Origin: Candidatus Babeliales bacterium
Lineage (GTDB): Bacteria > Babelota > Babeliae > Babelales > JANWKD01
Direction of reading: 5' to 3'
Assembly: GCA_963722255.1 (NCBI GenBank)
Contig: CAVRJO010000001.1
Location: 480,001 to 544,000 of the forward strand
DNA: 64,000 nt
This document shows positions 8,481 through 17,867 of the stretch, piece after piece (position 1 is the first letter of the stretch; every line of letters begins with the position of its first letter). Both the position numbers and the translations under genes were made by a program. The notes beneath the pieces are model-generated. The model did not search any database. It was not told the origin of the DNA and worked only from the letters and a program-made list of their open reading frames with translations.

Positions 8481-9930
8481 TGTTAGCGCAAAGTGATAAG
8501 TTCCTATTATAGCGCAAAGTAAAAAGTTCCGGTTTTTAGGGTAAACTTAATCTTGTAAACAAAAAGAAAAACTCTAAAAATGCAACGGAACTTATATGGA
8601 ATATATTACCATGAATCGCAAAGAACGAGAACAGGCAAAAGTGTTTGTTCAGGTTAAAGAAGGAAAAATGACACAGGCAGAGGCTGCAGCCCGTCTGAGA
8701 TTTACAGAGCGGTGGGTCAGAGAAAAATATGGAAGATATTGTGAATCTGACGACTTTGGCCTTGTACATGGCAATAGGGGAAAAGAAAGCCCAAATAGAT
8801 GGGATCAAGGAGAAGAACGATTGTTAATCTCATTGTTAGAAAGCGATTGGCAAGGCTTTGGGCCAACCTTTGCGGCTGAAAAACTTAAAGAGTTGCATGG
8901 AATAAAGATAAGTCGAGAAGCTGTTAGAAAGGTCATGATTAAGGCAGGAATATGGCAACCTAAAAAACAGCGCAGCAAGCATCGCAAGCGACGAGAAAGA
9001 AGGCGTATGTTTGGCATAATGATTCAGCTTGATGGCTCTCCACATGACTGGTTTGAAGGGCGTGCTGGGGTATGTACCTTACTTGTTTTTATTGACGATG
9101 CTACTGGCCAAATCCTTTGGCTTGAGTTTGCCCCTTCTGAATCGATGCATGCTTTAATGACCGCAACTAAAAATTACGTTGAAAAATATGGGATTCCTCA
9201 AACTTTTTATACTGACCACGGTTCTGTTTTCCATGTTAATTTGAGTAATCAAGAAAATATTAAAAAGACCCAATGGGAGCGCGCTTGTAAAGATTTGGGA
9301 ATTGATGTTATACATGCCAATAGTCCTCAGGCAAAGGGCCGCGTTGAACGTTGCAATCAAACCCTTCAAGATCGCCTTATTAAGGAAATGAGACTTGCTG
9401 GGATATCATCAATAGATCAAGCAAATAATTATCTGCGAACAAGCAATTATATTGCAAAGCATAATGCTGCATTTCAAGTTCCTGCTGCCCAAGAAGGCGA
9501 TGCCCATGCTAGCGCTCAATCATTTGATTTAAACGATATATTTAGCACACAAGAGACTCGTATTCTTACGAATGATTTTACTATTACCTACCAAAAACAG
9601 ATTTTTCAATTAAGCGATCAGCAAAAAACAATCATTTTTCCAAAAAATACCATTGTTGTTAAAGTACATTTAAATGGAACCATAAAACTGTGGATTCGAA
9701 AAACAGAACTTTCTTTTAGCGAAATCTACCAACGACCAACCCCCCAAATTCAGGAGAAAAAAATATCTGACTGTATACCAAGAAAGCCTTCAAAAAATAG
9801 CCAACGTTGGGCAGGCGGGTTGCCCCCTAGTGAGAGTAGGTTGAAGCCGGTCGCGCCGGCCGTGGAGGCGCTTTAATGTTAGGAACTTTTTACTTTGCTA
9901 AATACCGGAACTTTTCACGTTGCGTTGACA
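8481..9930 (+). mobile_element. Complete IS1202-family (ISNCY) insertion sequence, 1450 bp, with 15-bp target duplication
   Basis: Ends TGTTAGCGCAAAGTGATAAGTTCC / GGAACTTTTCACGTTGCGTTGACA; flanking direct repeat AAAAATATTAATTTT at 8466-8480 and 9931-9945; two internal sub-repeats per end. Confidence 0.9.
8596..9876 (+). CDS. IS1202/ISNCY DDE transposase (HTH plus integrase core)
   Basis: QLDGSPHDWFEGR, FIDDATG, YTDHGSVF, SPQAKGRVER..QTLQDRL. Confidence 0.93.
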   Translation: MEYITMNRKEREQAKVFVQVKEGKMTQAEAAARLRFTERWVREKYGRYCESDDFGLVHGNRGKESPNRWDQGEERLLISLLESDWQGFGPTFAAEKLKELHGIKISREAVRKVMIKAGIWQPKKQRSKHRKRRERRRMFGIMIQLDGSPHDWFEGRAGVCTLLVFIDDATGQILWLEFAPSESMHALMTATKNYVEKYGIPQTFYTDHGSVFHVNLSNQENIKKTQWERACKDLGIDVIHANSPQAKGRVERCNQTLQDRLIKEMRLAGISSIDQANNYLRTSNYIAKHNAAFQVPAAQEGDAHASAQSFDLNDIFSTQETRILTNDFTITYQKQIFQLSDQQKTIIFPKNTIVVKVHLNGTIKLWIRKTELSFSEIYQRPTPQIQEKKISDCIPRKPSKNSQRWAGGLPPSESRLKPVAPAVEAL

Positions 9931-9997
9931 AAAAATATTAATTTTTTTACAAAATGATCTCAATAAGCAACAAAACATGTTCGTTCGCAAAAAAATC

Positions 9998-10035
9998 GGG
10001 TATTTGTGGGTATAATTGGATATAAATATGGGTAT
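9998..10035 (+). repeat. 10-bp periodic repeat block, copy 1
   Basis: GGGTATTTGT GGGTATAATT GGATATAAAT ATGGGTAT. Confidence 0.8.
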
Positions 10036-10056
10036 ATTAGCTTAAAAATTTAAAAT

Positions 10057-11262
10057 CTATCCCATGATCTTCTTAATCAATTGGCCAGCTTTAGACCAAG
10101 GGATTAAATTTCCTTGCTCTCCGGAAAATAACTTGTCTCCACCATAAACTACATAGGAGTTTTCTTGAGGATGCTCTGCTATAAGATTCCATTTTTTTAA
10201 TGCATTAAAATAGTTTGAGTTATACATTTCTCCTGATTTAATTTCAATAGGAACAAAATGATCACCTTTAGCAATAAGACAATCAACTTCTATATCTCCA
10301 TTTTTATCTCGCCAAAAATAGCATGGTGCCTGTAAACCCTGATTGTAAAACTGCTTATAAAAATCGGAGATAATAAATCCTTCAAAGAGGTTTCCATACA
10401 AAGAATTAAGAGACAAACTCTTTGCCGAATCAATTTCTAATAATGAACATGCCAAACCTGTATCATAAAAGTAGATTTTGGGAGTCTTGGTGATTCGTTT
10501 ATTGAAATTATTCCAATGAGGTCGCAAAAGAAAAATAATATAATTCGCTTCAAGAACAGTAAGCCAGCTATGAACAGTCTGTACACTAATGCCACAATTG
10601 GTAGCTAAATCGGTATAATTTAAGAGTTGTCCAACCCGAGCAGCACAAAGCTTAAGAAATTTTTGAAACGTACTTAAATTCGTTACATTAATAAGTTGCC
10701 GCACATCGCGCTCTATATACGTCTGAATATAGGAGGGATACAACTCACGAGGTTCAAAATCAGAGCTATAGATACGAGGATAACTACCTTTGAATATAAT
10801 CTCTTCAGGATGATCATTATCCAAAAGTTTACTTTCGGCCAATTCATGTAATGAAAACGGCAACAGGGTCAAAATCCCAACTCTGCCTGCCAAAGACTGT
10901 GTAATCGCTTCGTTCATTAAAAAATTTTGTGATCCCGTTAAAACAAAATAACCGGGACGATTTTTTTCATCAACAATTACTTTTATATATGATAATAGCT
11001 CTGGAAAATTCTGAAACTCATCAATAATAAGGCCTTGTTCATTCTCATATTTTCTTAAAATGCCTTTAGGGTCAGATTTAATAAGAGATAAAAGTTCAAG
11101 ATCGTCTAAATTAAGATAGGCATAATTTTTAAAGGCATGCTTAGCCAAGGTTGTTTTTCCTGATTGACGAGGCCCCAAAAGAGCAATCACGGGAAATTTA
11201 CTATATCTTTCAAAGGTTTTTTCTAAATCTCTGGTAAAAAAAGGCATGATCGGATTCCCCAC
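10057..11262 (-). CDS. AAA_14 ATPase with C-terminal DUF4143/nuclease-like domain
   Basis: GPRQSGKTT Walker A, IIDEFQ Walker B, LTGS, PKIYFYDTGL, EVD...IEIKSG. Confidence 0.88.
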   Translation of the reverse strand: MGNPIMPFFTRDLEKTFERYSKFPVIALLGPRQSGKTTLAKHAFKNYAYLNLDDLELLSLIKSDPKGILRKYENEQGLIIDEFQNFPELLSYIKVIVDEKNRPGYFVLTGSQNFLMNEAITQSLAGRVGILTLLPFSLHELAESKLLDNDHPEEIIFKGSYPRIYSSDFEPRELYPSYIQTYIERDVRQLINVTNLSTFQKFLKLCAARVGQLLNYTDLATNCGISVQTVHSWLTVLEANYIIFLLRPHWNNFNKRITKTPKIYFYDTGLACSLLEIDSAKSLSLNSLYGNLFEGFIISDFYKQFYNQGLQAPCYFWRDKNGDIEVDCLIAKGDHFVPIEIKSGEMYNSNYFNALKKWNLIAEHPQENSYVVYGGDKLFSGEQGNLIPWSKAGQLIKKIMG

Positions 11263-11369
11263 CTTTATGCTAATCTCTAACTCTTGTTTAAGATTAGCAT
11301 AAATAAACCTATAAAAGCTAGTAAAAAATAGGCAAATTTATCGGGTTAAACCTGTTTTCTTGAAGAATT

Positions 11370-11417
11370 GGATATTTGTGGATATAATTGGGTATAATTG
11401 GATATAAATATGGGTAT
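11370..11417 (+). repeat. 10-bp periodic repeat block, copy 2 (putative fic promoter/operator)
   Basis: GGATATTTGT GGATATAATT GGGTATAATT GGATATAAAT ATGGGTAT, ending 6 bp before ATG 11424; contains TATAAT. Confidence 0.8.
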
Positions 11418-11423
11418 CAAACA

Positions 11424-12473
11424 ATGTTAAAAATCTCAGAAATCACTATTACATCAGAAATTTTAAATCTCATTGCTGAAATTGATCAATTTAAAGGAGC
11501 GTGGCAACTATTTGGCCAATTAACTCCTGAAAGGCTCAATGCATTACGTCATGTTGCAACCATAGAAAGCATAGGATCATCAACGCGCATTGAGGGGGCT
11601 AAGCTTTCTGATGATGAGATCGAAAAGCTCTTATCGGGCATAAAAACCAATTCTTTTCGTTCACGCGATGAACAAGAGGTTGCGGGATATGCTTTTGTAT
11701 GCCATGAGATATTCACCAGTTATGCATCAATACCTTTCACTGAAAATAGCATTAAACAGCTTCATCGTTGGTTATTACAATTTTCTGAAAAAGATGAACG
11801 GCACAGAGGTGAGTATAAAAAATTCCCAAATAATGTTGAAGCCTTTGATGCATCTGGCAAAAGTTTAGGTGTTGTTTTTGAAACAGCGAGCCCCTTTGAA
11901 ACGCCACTCGATATGCAAGAACTTATTGCGTGGACACGTGAACATTTAGAAACAAAATCATTACATCCCTTACTCACAATAGGTATGTTCACTGTTCTCT
12001 TTTTGGCCATTCACCCCTTTCAAGATGGAAATGGAAGACTTTCACGCATACTTACCACACTACTTCTTCTTCAAGCCGGCTATTTATACGTACCCTATAG
12101 TTCGCTTGAAAGTATTATTGAACATCATAAAGAGAAATATTATATTGCCTTACAACGCACCCAACGGTCACTAAAAAAAGAACATCCGGATTATCATTCA
12201 TGGCTTATCTTTTTTTTACGTTCTCTCAAAGAACAAAAAAATCATCTTGAACAAAAAATTTCACGTGAAAAAATGATAGGCTTGCACATAACACCCCTTT
12301 CGGCACAAATTCTTTTATTACTTAATGAACATGGACGCCTTACCATCAGCGAGCTGGTTGAGATGACTGCTGCCAATAGAAATACATTAAAAAAACATCT
12401 GATTCAAATGGTACAAAGCCTCCATATCGCCAAGCATGGAAAAGGCAGAGGCACCTGGTACACACTTGCATAA
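11424..12473 (+). CDS. Fic family protein with C-terminal winged HTH
   Basis: HPFQDGNGRLSR catalytic motif, SSTRIEG inhibitory motif, C-terminal ...GKGRGTWY wing. ATG 11424 preferred over TTG 11388. Confidence 0.9.
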   Translation: MLKISEITITSEILNLIAEIDQFKGAWQLFGQLTPERLNALRHVATIESIGSSTRIEGAKLSDDEIEKLLSGIKTNSFRSRDEQEVAGYAFVCHEIFTSYASIPFTENSIKQLHRWLLQFSEKDERHRGEYKKFPNNVEAFDASGKSLGVVFETASPFETPLDMQELIAWTREHLETKSLHPLLTIGMFTVLFLAIHPFQDGNGRLSRILTTLLLLQAGYLYVPYSSLESIIEHHKEKYYIALQRTQRSLKKEHPDYHSWLIFFLRSLKEQKNHLEQKISREKMIGLHITPLSAQILLLLNEHGRLTISELVEMTAANRNTLKKHLIQMVQSLHIAKHGKGRGTWYTLA

Positions 12474-12550
12474 AGCAAACTGATATTGCATATTTATCTT
12501 TTCTTAATTAGATTCATGCCAAACTGTTAGTTAAAAAGGAGTTACTAAGT

Positions 12551-13516
12551 ATGATAACTACGCATATGGCATCCAACGAAATCTATGATGCTAAAAAATT
12601 TATAAAAAAGATTCTGATCTTTTTTTCACCTCTTATTGTTATATTTCTTGTGAATTATATTGTTGACCCCTTTAATCTAAATCGCATGGTGTCATTGCCA
12701 TTTGATAAACAAGAGATCGCCTGCCACTTTAATGAACGCTTATGGAAACTTACTAATTTTCTTAATCATCCCGTAGAAAATATCATTCTTGGTGATTCGC
12801 GAGCAAGTCGACTTTCAGAAAAAACAGTTGAAAAGCTTATGAACAAGCCTTTTACCAACCTTTCCTTGAGTGGTGCTACACTTGTAGAAATTATTGATAC
12901 CTTCTGGTTTGCATCGGAACATATAAAACTTCAAGAAGTTATTTTATGCATTAACTTTGATCGTTTTAATGACTGGCAAAAGGCCAATGGTGTCACACAA
13001 GCAGTGAATAGTATAAATAACCCTCTTATGAACTATTTTCAACCACAAACATGTAAAGCCGCCGGATTGTTATTTTTACAAAAAGTAACCATTAAAAAAG
13101 TTATTTCACAACAACCCCCGGTAAGCCGAGATGCTTTTTGGCAATTTCAAATCGATGAGGTTGATATGGGTTACAAACGATTTGTATTTCCAAGTTATGC
13201 TTCAAGCCAATTATCATCAATTGCTAACTATTGCAAAAAACATGCTATAAGTCTTTCTTTTGTCATTTTTCCAACACATTATGATTTGCAAAAACGAATA
13301 GATCATGCGAATCTTAGGCAACACGAAGGAGCATTTAAAGAATTTCTTACTTCATTAGCCCCGGTTCATGATTTTGATATCGCAAATGATTTCACTTTAA
13401 ATAGGGATAATTTTGATGACCCAAAACATGTATCTTTTACAGCAATGGATAAGCTTATAACATCCTGCTGGAGTTCAAATATAACCAATGCAAAAAAAGA
13501 TCAGACGGATGATTAA
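12551..13516 (+). CDS. Membrane-anchored SGNH-like protein (AlgJ/DltD-like MBOAT partner)
   Basis: N-terminal TM with VNY.VDP, LGDSR, DDPKH (DxxH); adjacent to MBOAT. Confidence 0.6.
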   Translation: MITTHMASNEIYDAKKFIKKILIFFSPLIVIFLVNYIVDPFNLNRMVSLPFDKQEIACHFNERLWKLTNFLNHPVENIILGDSRASRLSEKTVEKLMNKPFTNLSLSGATLVEIIDTFWFASEHIKLQEVILCINFDRFNDWQKANGVTQAVNSINNPLMNYFQPQTCKAAGLLFLQKVTIKKVISQQPPVSRDAFWQFQIDEVDMGYKRFVFPSYASSQLSSIANYCKKHAISLSFVIFPTHYDLQKRIDHANLRQHEGAFKEFLTSLAPVHDFDIANDFTLNRDNFDDPKHVSFTAMDKLITSCWSSNITNAKKDQTDD

Positions 13517-14944
13517 AACTGAAAATAAATAAATTGATGTCCGCCAAATTCACCAAGTAAAAAAATAGCTCCAATGCTGATATAATACATAATAATACGA
13601 AGATACTTTGAAACATGCACCAAATTATACCGAATATGGCCAGTGTAATGCTGTAGCAGTTGAACTAACCAAACCCCTAGAGTAAGCATAAAAAGGGGTA
13701 GGATATCAAAGCTTCTTGCCATAACTACTGCTCGACGTAGCTGCAATAAAGAAGACCAGTGCGTAAGATCCATAAACATATGCTGCACAACATACCATGC
13801 GTCAGAAAGACTATTTGCCCTAAAAAAGATCCAGGCAAAACAGGTAAGACTAAAAGTAATAACGACACGAACACTATGAGGTAAAGCAGCGTACTAATAA
13901 ATTGGGAATATAGAGTGCCATAAGCATATACAACCCATGCAATGCTCCCCAAATGACAAAAGTCCAATTTGAACCATGCCATAACCCACTTACCAAAAAA
14001 GTTACTATAATATTCATTTGAAAACGTATAAAAGAAACTCTATTACCGCCTAAGGGAATATACACATAATCACTAAACCACGTCGAAAGTGAAATATGCC
14101 ATCGTTTCCAAAAATCTTTTATGGACGCAGCAATATAGGGCTGCCGAAAATTTTCCATTAACTTGATTCCCATGACTCGGGCAATACCAATTGCCATATA
14201 ACTGTAACCGGCAAAATCACAAAAAATCTGAAATGCAAAAAGATAGGTTGCAAAAAGAAGTGGCCATCCAATATAGTCATGAACATTATTGTAAACGGCA
14301 TCAACATACTTTGCCACATTATCAGCTACTACAATTTTTAATACCATGCCTCCAAGAAAAGTTCTCAAGCCGATAATGGCATTATCATAGGAAAATTGTT
14401 CTCGTTTATTAAATTGAGCTAATAAATTACGTGCTCGCTCAATAGGGCCAGCAACAAGCTGTGGAAAATAGGTAACAAATAAAGCAAATTTTCCAAAATG
14501 GCGCTCAGCTTTTTGTTTTCCATAAAAGACATCCAGGGTATAACTCATAGTTTGAAAAGTAAAAAATGAAATACCAACTGGTAAGGTAAAAGTAAAAGGA
14601 GCATAGGAATGTTTTATGACAAAAAACTCTAGCATACTATGCAAGGCATGATAAAAGAAATCGATATACTTAAAAATAAATAAAATACCTAACGTAATTA
14701 CCATACTTAGATAGAGATAGAGCTTTTTTGCTTTACCTGAAACAGTGTCTTCTATTGCAATACTTACGGCATAATTTACCACCGTTGCAAGGCCAATCAG
14801 AAGAATATACAAAGGCTGCCAGCTCATGTAAAAATAACAACTTGCAATGAGTAAGACAAACCAAGAATATTGGGTGGGAACCAGATAATATCCCAGTGTG
14901 ACAATGGGGAAAAATAGACAAAAATGAAGCGAATTAAACAGCAT
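13513..14944 (-). pseudogene. MBOAT O-acyltransferase (AlgI/DltB family) split by a frameshift near 13877-13895
   Basis: LPVGISFFTFQ, FWKRWHISLS and SGLWHG in the 5' ORF; the conserved TFSLTCFAWIFFRANSLSDA and ...FIYFQF continue in the +1 frame. Confidence 0.8.
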
Positions 14945-15107
14945 AGAAATCCTTTTTCAATAAACCACACCAAACCTACCAAGAATAGAAATAAAAAACA
15001 ATTTTAGCAGCCCAGTTATGTTTTATTCTAAAAAAATGTAAACTAATACTATTCTGCTTGTGTATTTACCGTAGTATACTTAATAACCTAAAAATTTAAG
15101 GATCTCC

Positions 15108-15656
15108 ATGGAAGATTTTAAAACAATGCTTTTTGACACTATAAGTGCATTCAAAAACCAAAAAAATGAACCTATTGATTGGACCATTGCATGGGAAGAT
15201 GCTGATAAGTTCGAAATGATCCTTGATGCTGTCGATGCTTTAATTGATGGTGTAGCGCTTATACCGGATATTGAAGAAGCAAAGCGTATTAACCTACTAG
15301 GTAGGCTTGCGTTAAATCGTTCTCATATTTCACATTGTTATGGCAACGAACAGCAAATTGCTCACTTTATTAAGCATGGCCAAAACTTAGAAGGCATCCT
15401 TAAAGATGTTCTTAATGCATCTAACTGGTTAAAAACAGCTCAGGATAGATTTGAAGAGTATGTAGAATTTGAAGATACGGTTACTGAAGAAACAGATGTA
15501 ACCCAAAAACAACTTGATCATTTCCGCCCTATCTTAATGGCTCTAGCTGCAATGGCAATCATCACTATCGAACAAGAAGAATCTTCTGAAGAAGATGAAG
15601 ATGAATTCAATGTTGAAGAAGAAGATGAAGACGAATGTGGTGAATACTGCGATTAA
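15108..15656 (+). CDS. Acidic hypothetical protein
   Basis: 182-aa ORF, AAGGA SD, D/E-rich C-terminus. Confidence 0.7.
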   Translation: MEDFKTMLFDTISAFKNQKNEPIDWTIAWEDADKFEMILDAVDALIDGVALIPDIEEAKRINLLGRLALNRSHISHCYGNEQQIAHFIKHGQNLEGILKDVLNASNWLKTAQDRFEEYVEFEDTVTEETDVTQKQLDHFRPILMALAAMAIITIEQEESSEEDEDEFNVEEEDEDECGEYCD

Positions 15657-15712
15657 TCATCTACAAGTTTATATAGGTAATCTTGAATAAAATTGAGATT
15701 ACCTATATTTTT

Positions 15713-16564
15713 TTATGCTTTTACCATTCTCATTGATAGATACCAACCAAATCTCTTTGATAAGAAATATAACCATGAATTTGGAATAAAACGGTATAGA
15801 CGACTTACTCCAGGTATGTGGGGCAAATCTTCTCGATTTAGTTTTCTTATATCAGTTTTTATTACCTTAAAGCCAGCTTTAGAACATATTTTTTTTAACT
15901 CATTCTTGCCATATACATTCACCAAAGCTTTGCATGAACTTGTAGTAAATTCAATCTGAGATAAACGATCTTTAAGAGACATTTTTAAAAATTTACCGGA
16001 TAATAACCAATCAAAAACCATAAGATGTAAAAGATAGAAAATAGAATATTTATAGTAAACGATAATCTGAACTTCTCCAGAATCTTTTACATATGCATGC
16101 ATATTTTCTAAAGCTTTACTCATATTTGGTGTATGATGTAAAACACCAAAACTAAAAATATAGTCGTACTGTTCGGGCAATGACAGTTTTTCAACATCCA
16201 TTTCAAAAAACTTTCCTTCAAGACCACAATAATCAAGATGTTTTTTTGCAATTATCGGATTATCAGGCGTTATATCAATACCAGTGTATTCTGCACCCGC
16301 TTTGCAAAATTGATATGCATCATATCCGGCACCACAGCCAATTTCTAAAACTTTCTTTCCTCGAAAACGTTCAAAATGAACTATTTCATTCATCCATTCA
16401 CATTCTTGTGTAGATCTTTTTTCCAAAACAGAAAAAAAGAACTCACTCGTTCCTTTTGCGTAACCATTGCCAAATGTCCATCCTGCAGGATTAGTTCCCC
16501 AGACATTTTTTGTTGCCTGTTTTATTGCTTCTTCATTATTCACAAAAGACTCCTTTAATAACAT
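15713..16564 (-). CDS. Class I SAM-dependent methyltransferase, paralog A
   Basis: VLEIGCGAG, GIDI, SFGVLHHTP. Confidence 0.88.
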   Translation of the reverse strand: MLLKESFVNNEEAIKQATKNVWGTNPAGWTFGNGYAKGTSEFFFSVLEKRSTQECEWMNEIVHFERFRGKKVLEIGCGAGYDAYQFCKAGAEYTGIDITPDNPIIAKKHLDYCGLEGKFFEMDVEKLSLPEQYDYIFSFGVLHHTPNMSKALENMHAYVKDSGEVQIIVYYKYSIFYLLHLMVFDWLLSGKFLKMSLKDRLSQIEFTTSSCKALVNVYGKNELKKICSKAGFKVIKTDIRKLNREDLPHIPGVSRLYRFIPNSWLYFLSKRFGWYLSMRMVKA

Positions 16565-16583
16565 TCATTTATTGCATTCTTCT

Positions 16584-17843
16584 TTAGAGCTCACGCTCCA
16601 TAATGCGTTCAACATGGCTCTTCCAATCATAGCATTCAAGTGCCTTTTTTCGTGCATTTGAGCCCATCAGTAGGCGTAGATCATCTTCACATTCAATCAT
16701 TCTACATGCAGCTTGCACAAATGCCTGAATCTCTTTTGGGGGTACTATGATACCCAGTTCATCGCGAACTACAAGAGGGCTTTCTAAATCTTTCATGTGT
16801 AAAGCAGGAGAAACAACCTCAGCCACTTGATCAAGGTCAGATGCAATAATCGGTTTACCCATACTTAAATATTCAAATAACTTTGTTGGTGAACCAAAAA
16901 AAGGCGTTCCATCTGCATTTGGTTGTGTTGGTGATAAAAATGCATCGCATGCAGATAAATAATTTTTTGCCTCCACAGAAAGGACTAATCCGGTGCAGGT
17001 AACTTTTTTTTGATTAATATATTCCTGAACTTCGTGTTTAAAAAATGGCAGAAGATCTCCATCTCCAATCAATAAAAAATGTGCTTGTGGCTTCTGCTTA
17101 AGAATCTCAGGTATCATCGCTGCCAAAGTGGTAATACCGTGCCACTGGCTAAATGTGCCTATAAAACCAAAGACAAAAGAATCTTCAATATCCAGCTTCT
17201 TTCTGATGCTATAACGCACATCATTCAACTTCATCGGATCTAATCGCGCGGTGTGCACCCCATTGGGATTAACAAGAATTTTCGTTTTTTTTACACCGCG
17301 TTGCACAAGTTCATCTTCTAAAGGTTTTGAAACAACTACAATCTGATCTGCACAATGAATATTAATCAATTCAAAAAAACGAAGTAACCATGTTAACTTA
17401 ATAAACTTCTTTTTAGACCAATGTAGATCAAGCCATACTTCAGAACCGTTATATTCCAAAATTAAAGGAACTTTAAACCACTTGCTTAAAATAACACCGG
17501 TACAGTTTAAAACCGCATAGCGTTGGTAGATACAATCAATTTTATTTTTTTTACATACTGCATAGCTTTGAGCAACAAAAAAAAAGTTTGAAATGAAACA
17601 GCAAACCTTCCATTTAAGCCATTGCCAACTTTTAGGAATAGTTAAGGGTTGCATAAAAGAAATTGCAAGCCCATCAAATTGCTCAATCATAATCGATGAA
17701 GCGACAATCACGGTGTAACCAAGAGCAAGAAATCCTTCAATTACTCCCAAAGTATGGCTAACCGATCCTCCTGCTTGTAATATTTTTTTGCTATAATCTG
17801 TTCTTAAATACAAAATTGTTTTTTTAGCATCCATTATCTTCAT
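16584..17843 (-). CDS. GT4 family glycosyltransferase
   Basis: NPNGV, GFIGTFSQWHG, SPTKLFEYLSMGKPIIAS. Confidence 0.88.
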   Translation of the reverse strand: MKIMDAKKTILYLRTDYSKKILQAGGSVSHTLGVIEGFLALGYTVIVASSIMIEQFDGLAISFMQPLTIPKSWQWLKWKVCCFISNFFFVAQSYAVCKKNKIDCIYQRYAVLNCTGVILSKWFKVPLILEYNGSEVWLDLHWSKKKFIKLTWLLRFFELINIHCADQIVVVSKPLEDELVQRGVKKTKILVNPNGVHTARLDPMKLNDVRYSIRKKLDIEDSFVFGFIGTFSQWHGITTLAAMIPEILKQKPQAHFLLIGDGDLLPFFKHEVQEYINQKKVTCTGLVLSVEAKNYLSACDAFLSPTQPNADGTPFFGSPTKLFEYLSMGKPIIASDLDQVAEVVSPALHMKDLESPLVVRDELGIIVPPKEIQAFVQAACRMIECEDDLRLLMGSNARKKALECYDWKSHVERIMEREL

Positions 17844-17867
17844 TATTTTTTTTATATCCCTACTTAT

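Noticed and set aside
9998..11417. Repeat blocks as CRISPR array or replication iterons
   Set aside because: Units are 10 bp and contiguous with no spacers; no cas or rep gene in the window.
11388..11423. TTG start for fic given in the ORF track
   Set aside because: Falls inside the repeat/promoter block; ATG 11424 gives a typical Fic N-terminus.
13725..13982. 85-aa hydrophobic ORF overlapping the MBOAT
   Set aside because: Alternative-frame shadow; the conserved MBOAT C-terminus is in a different frame.
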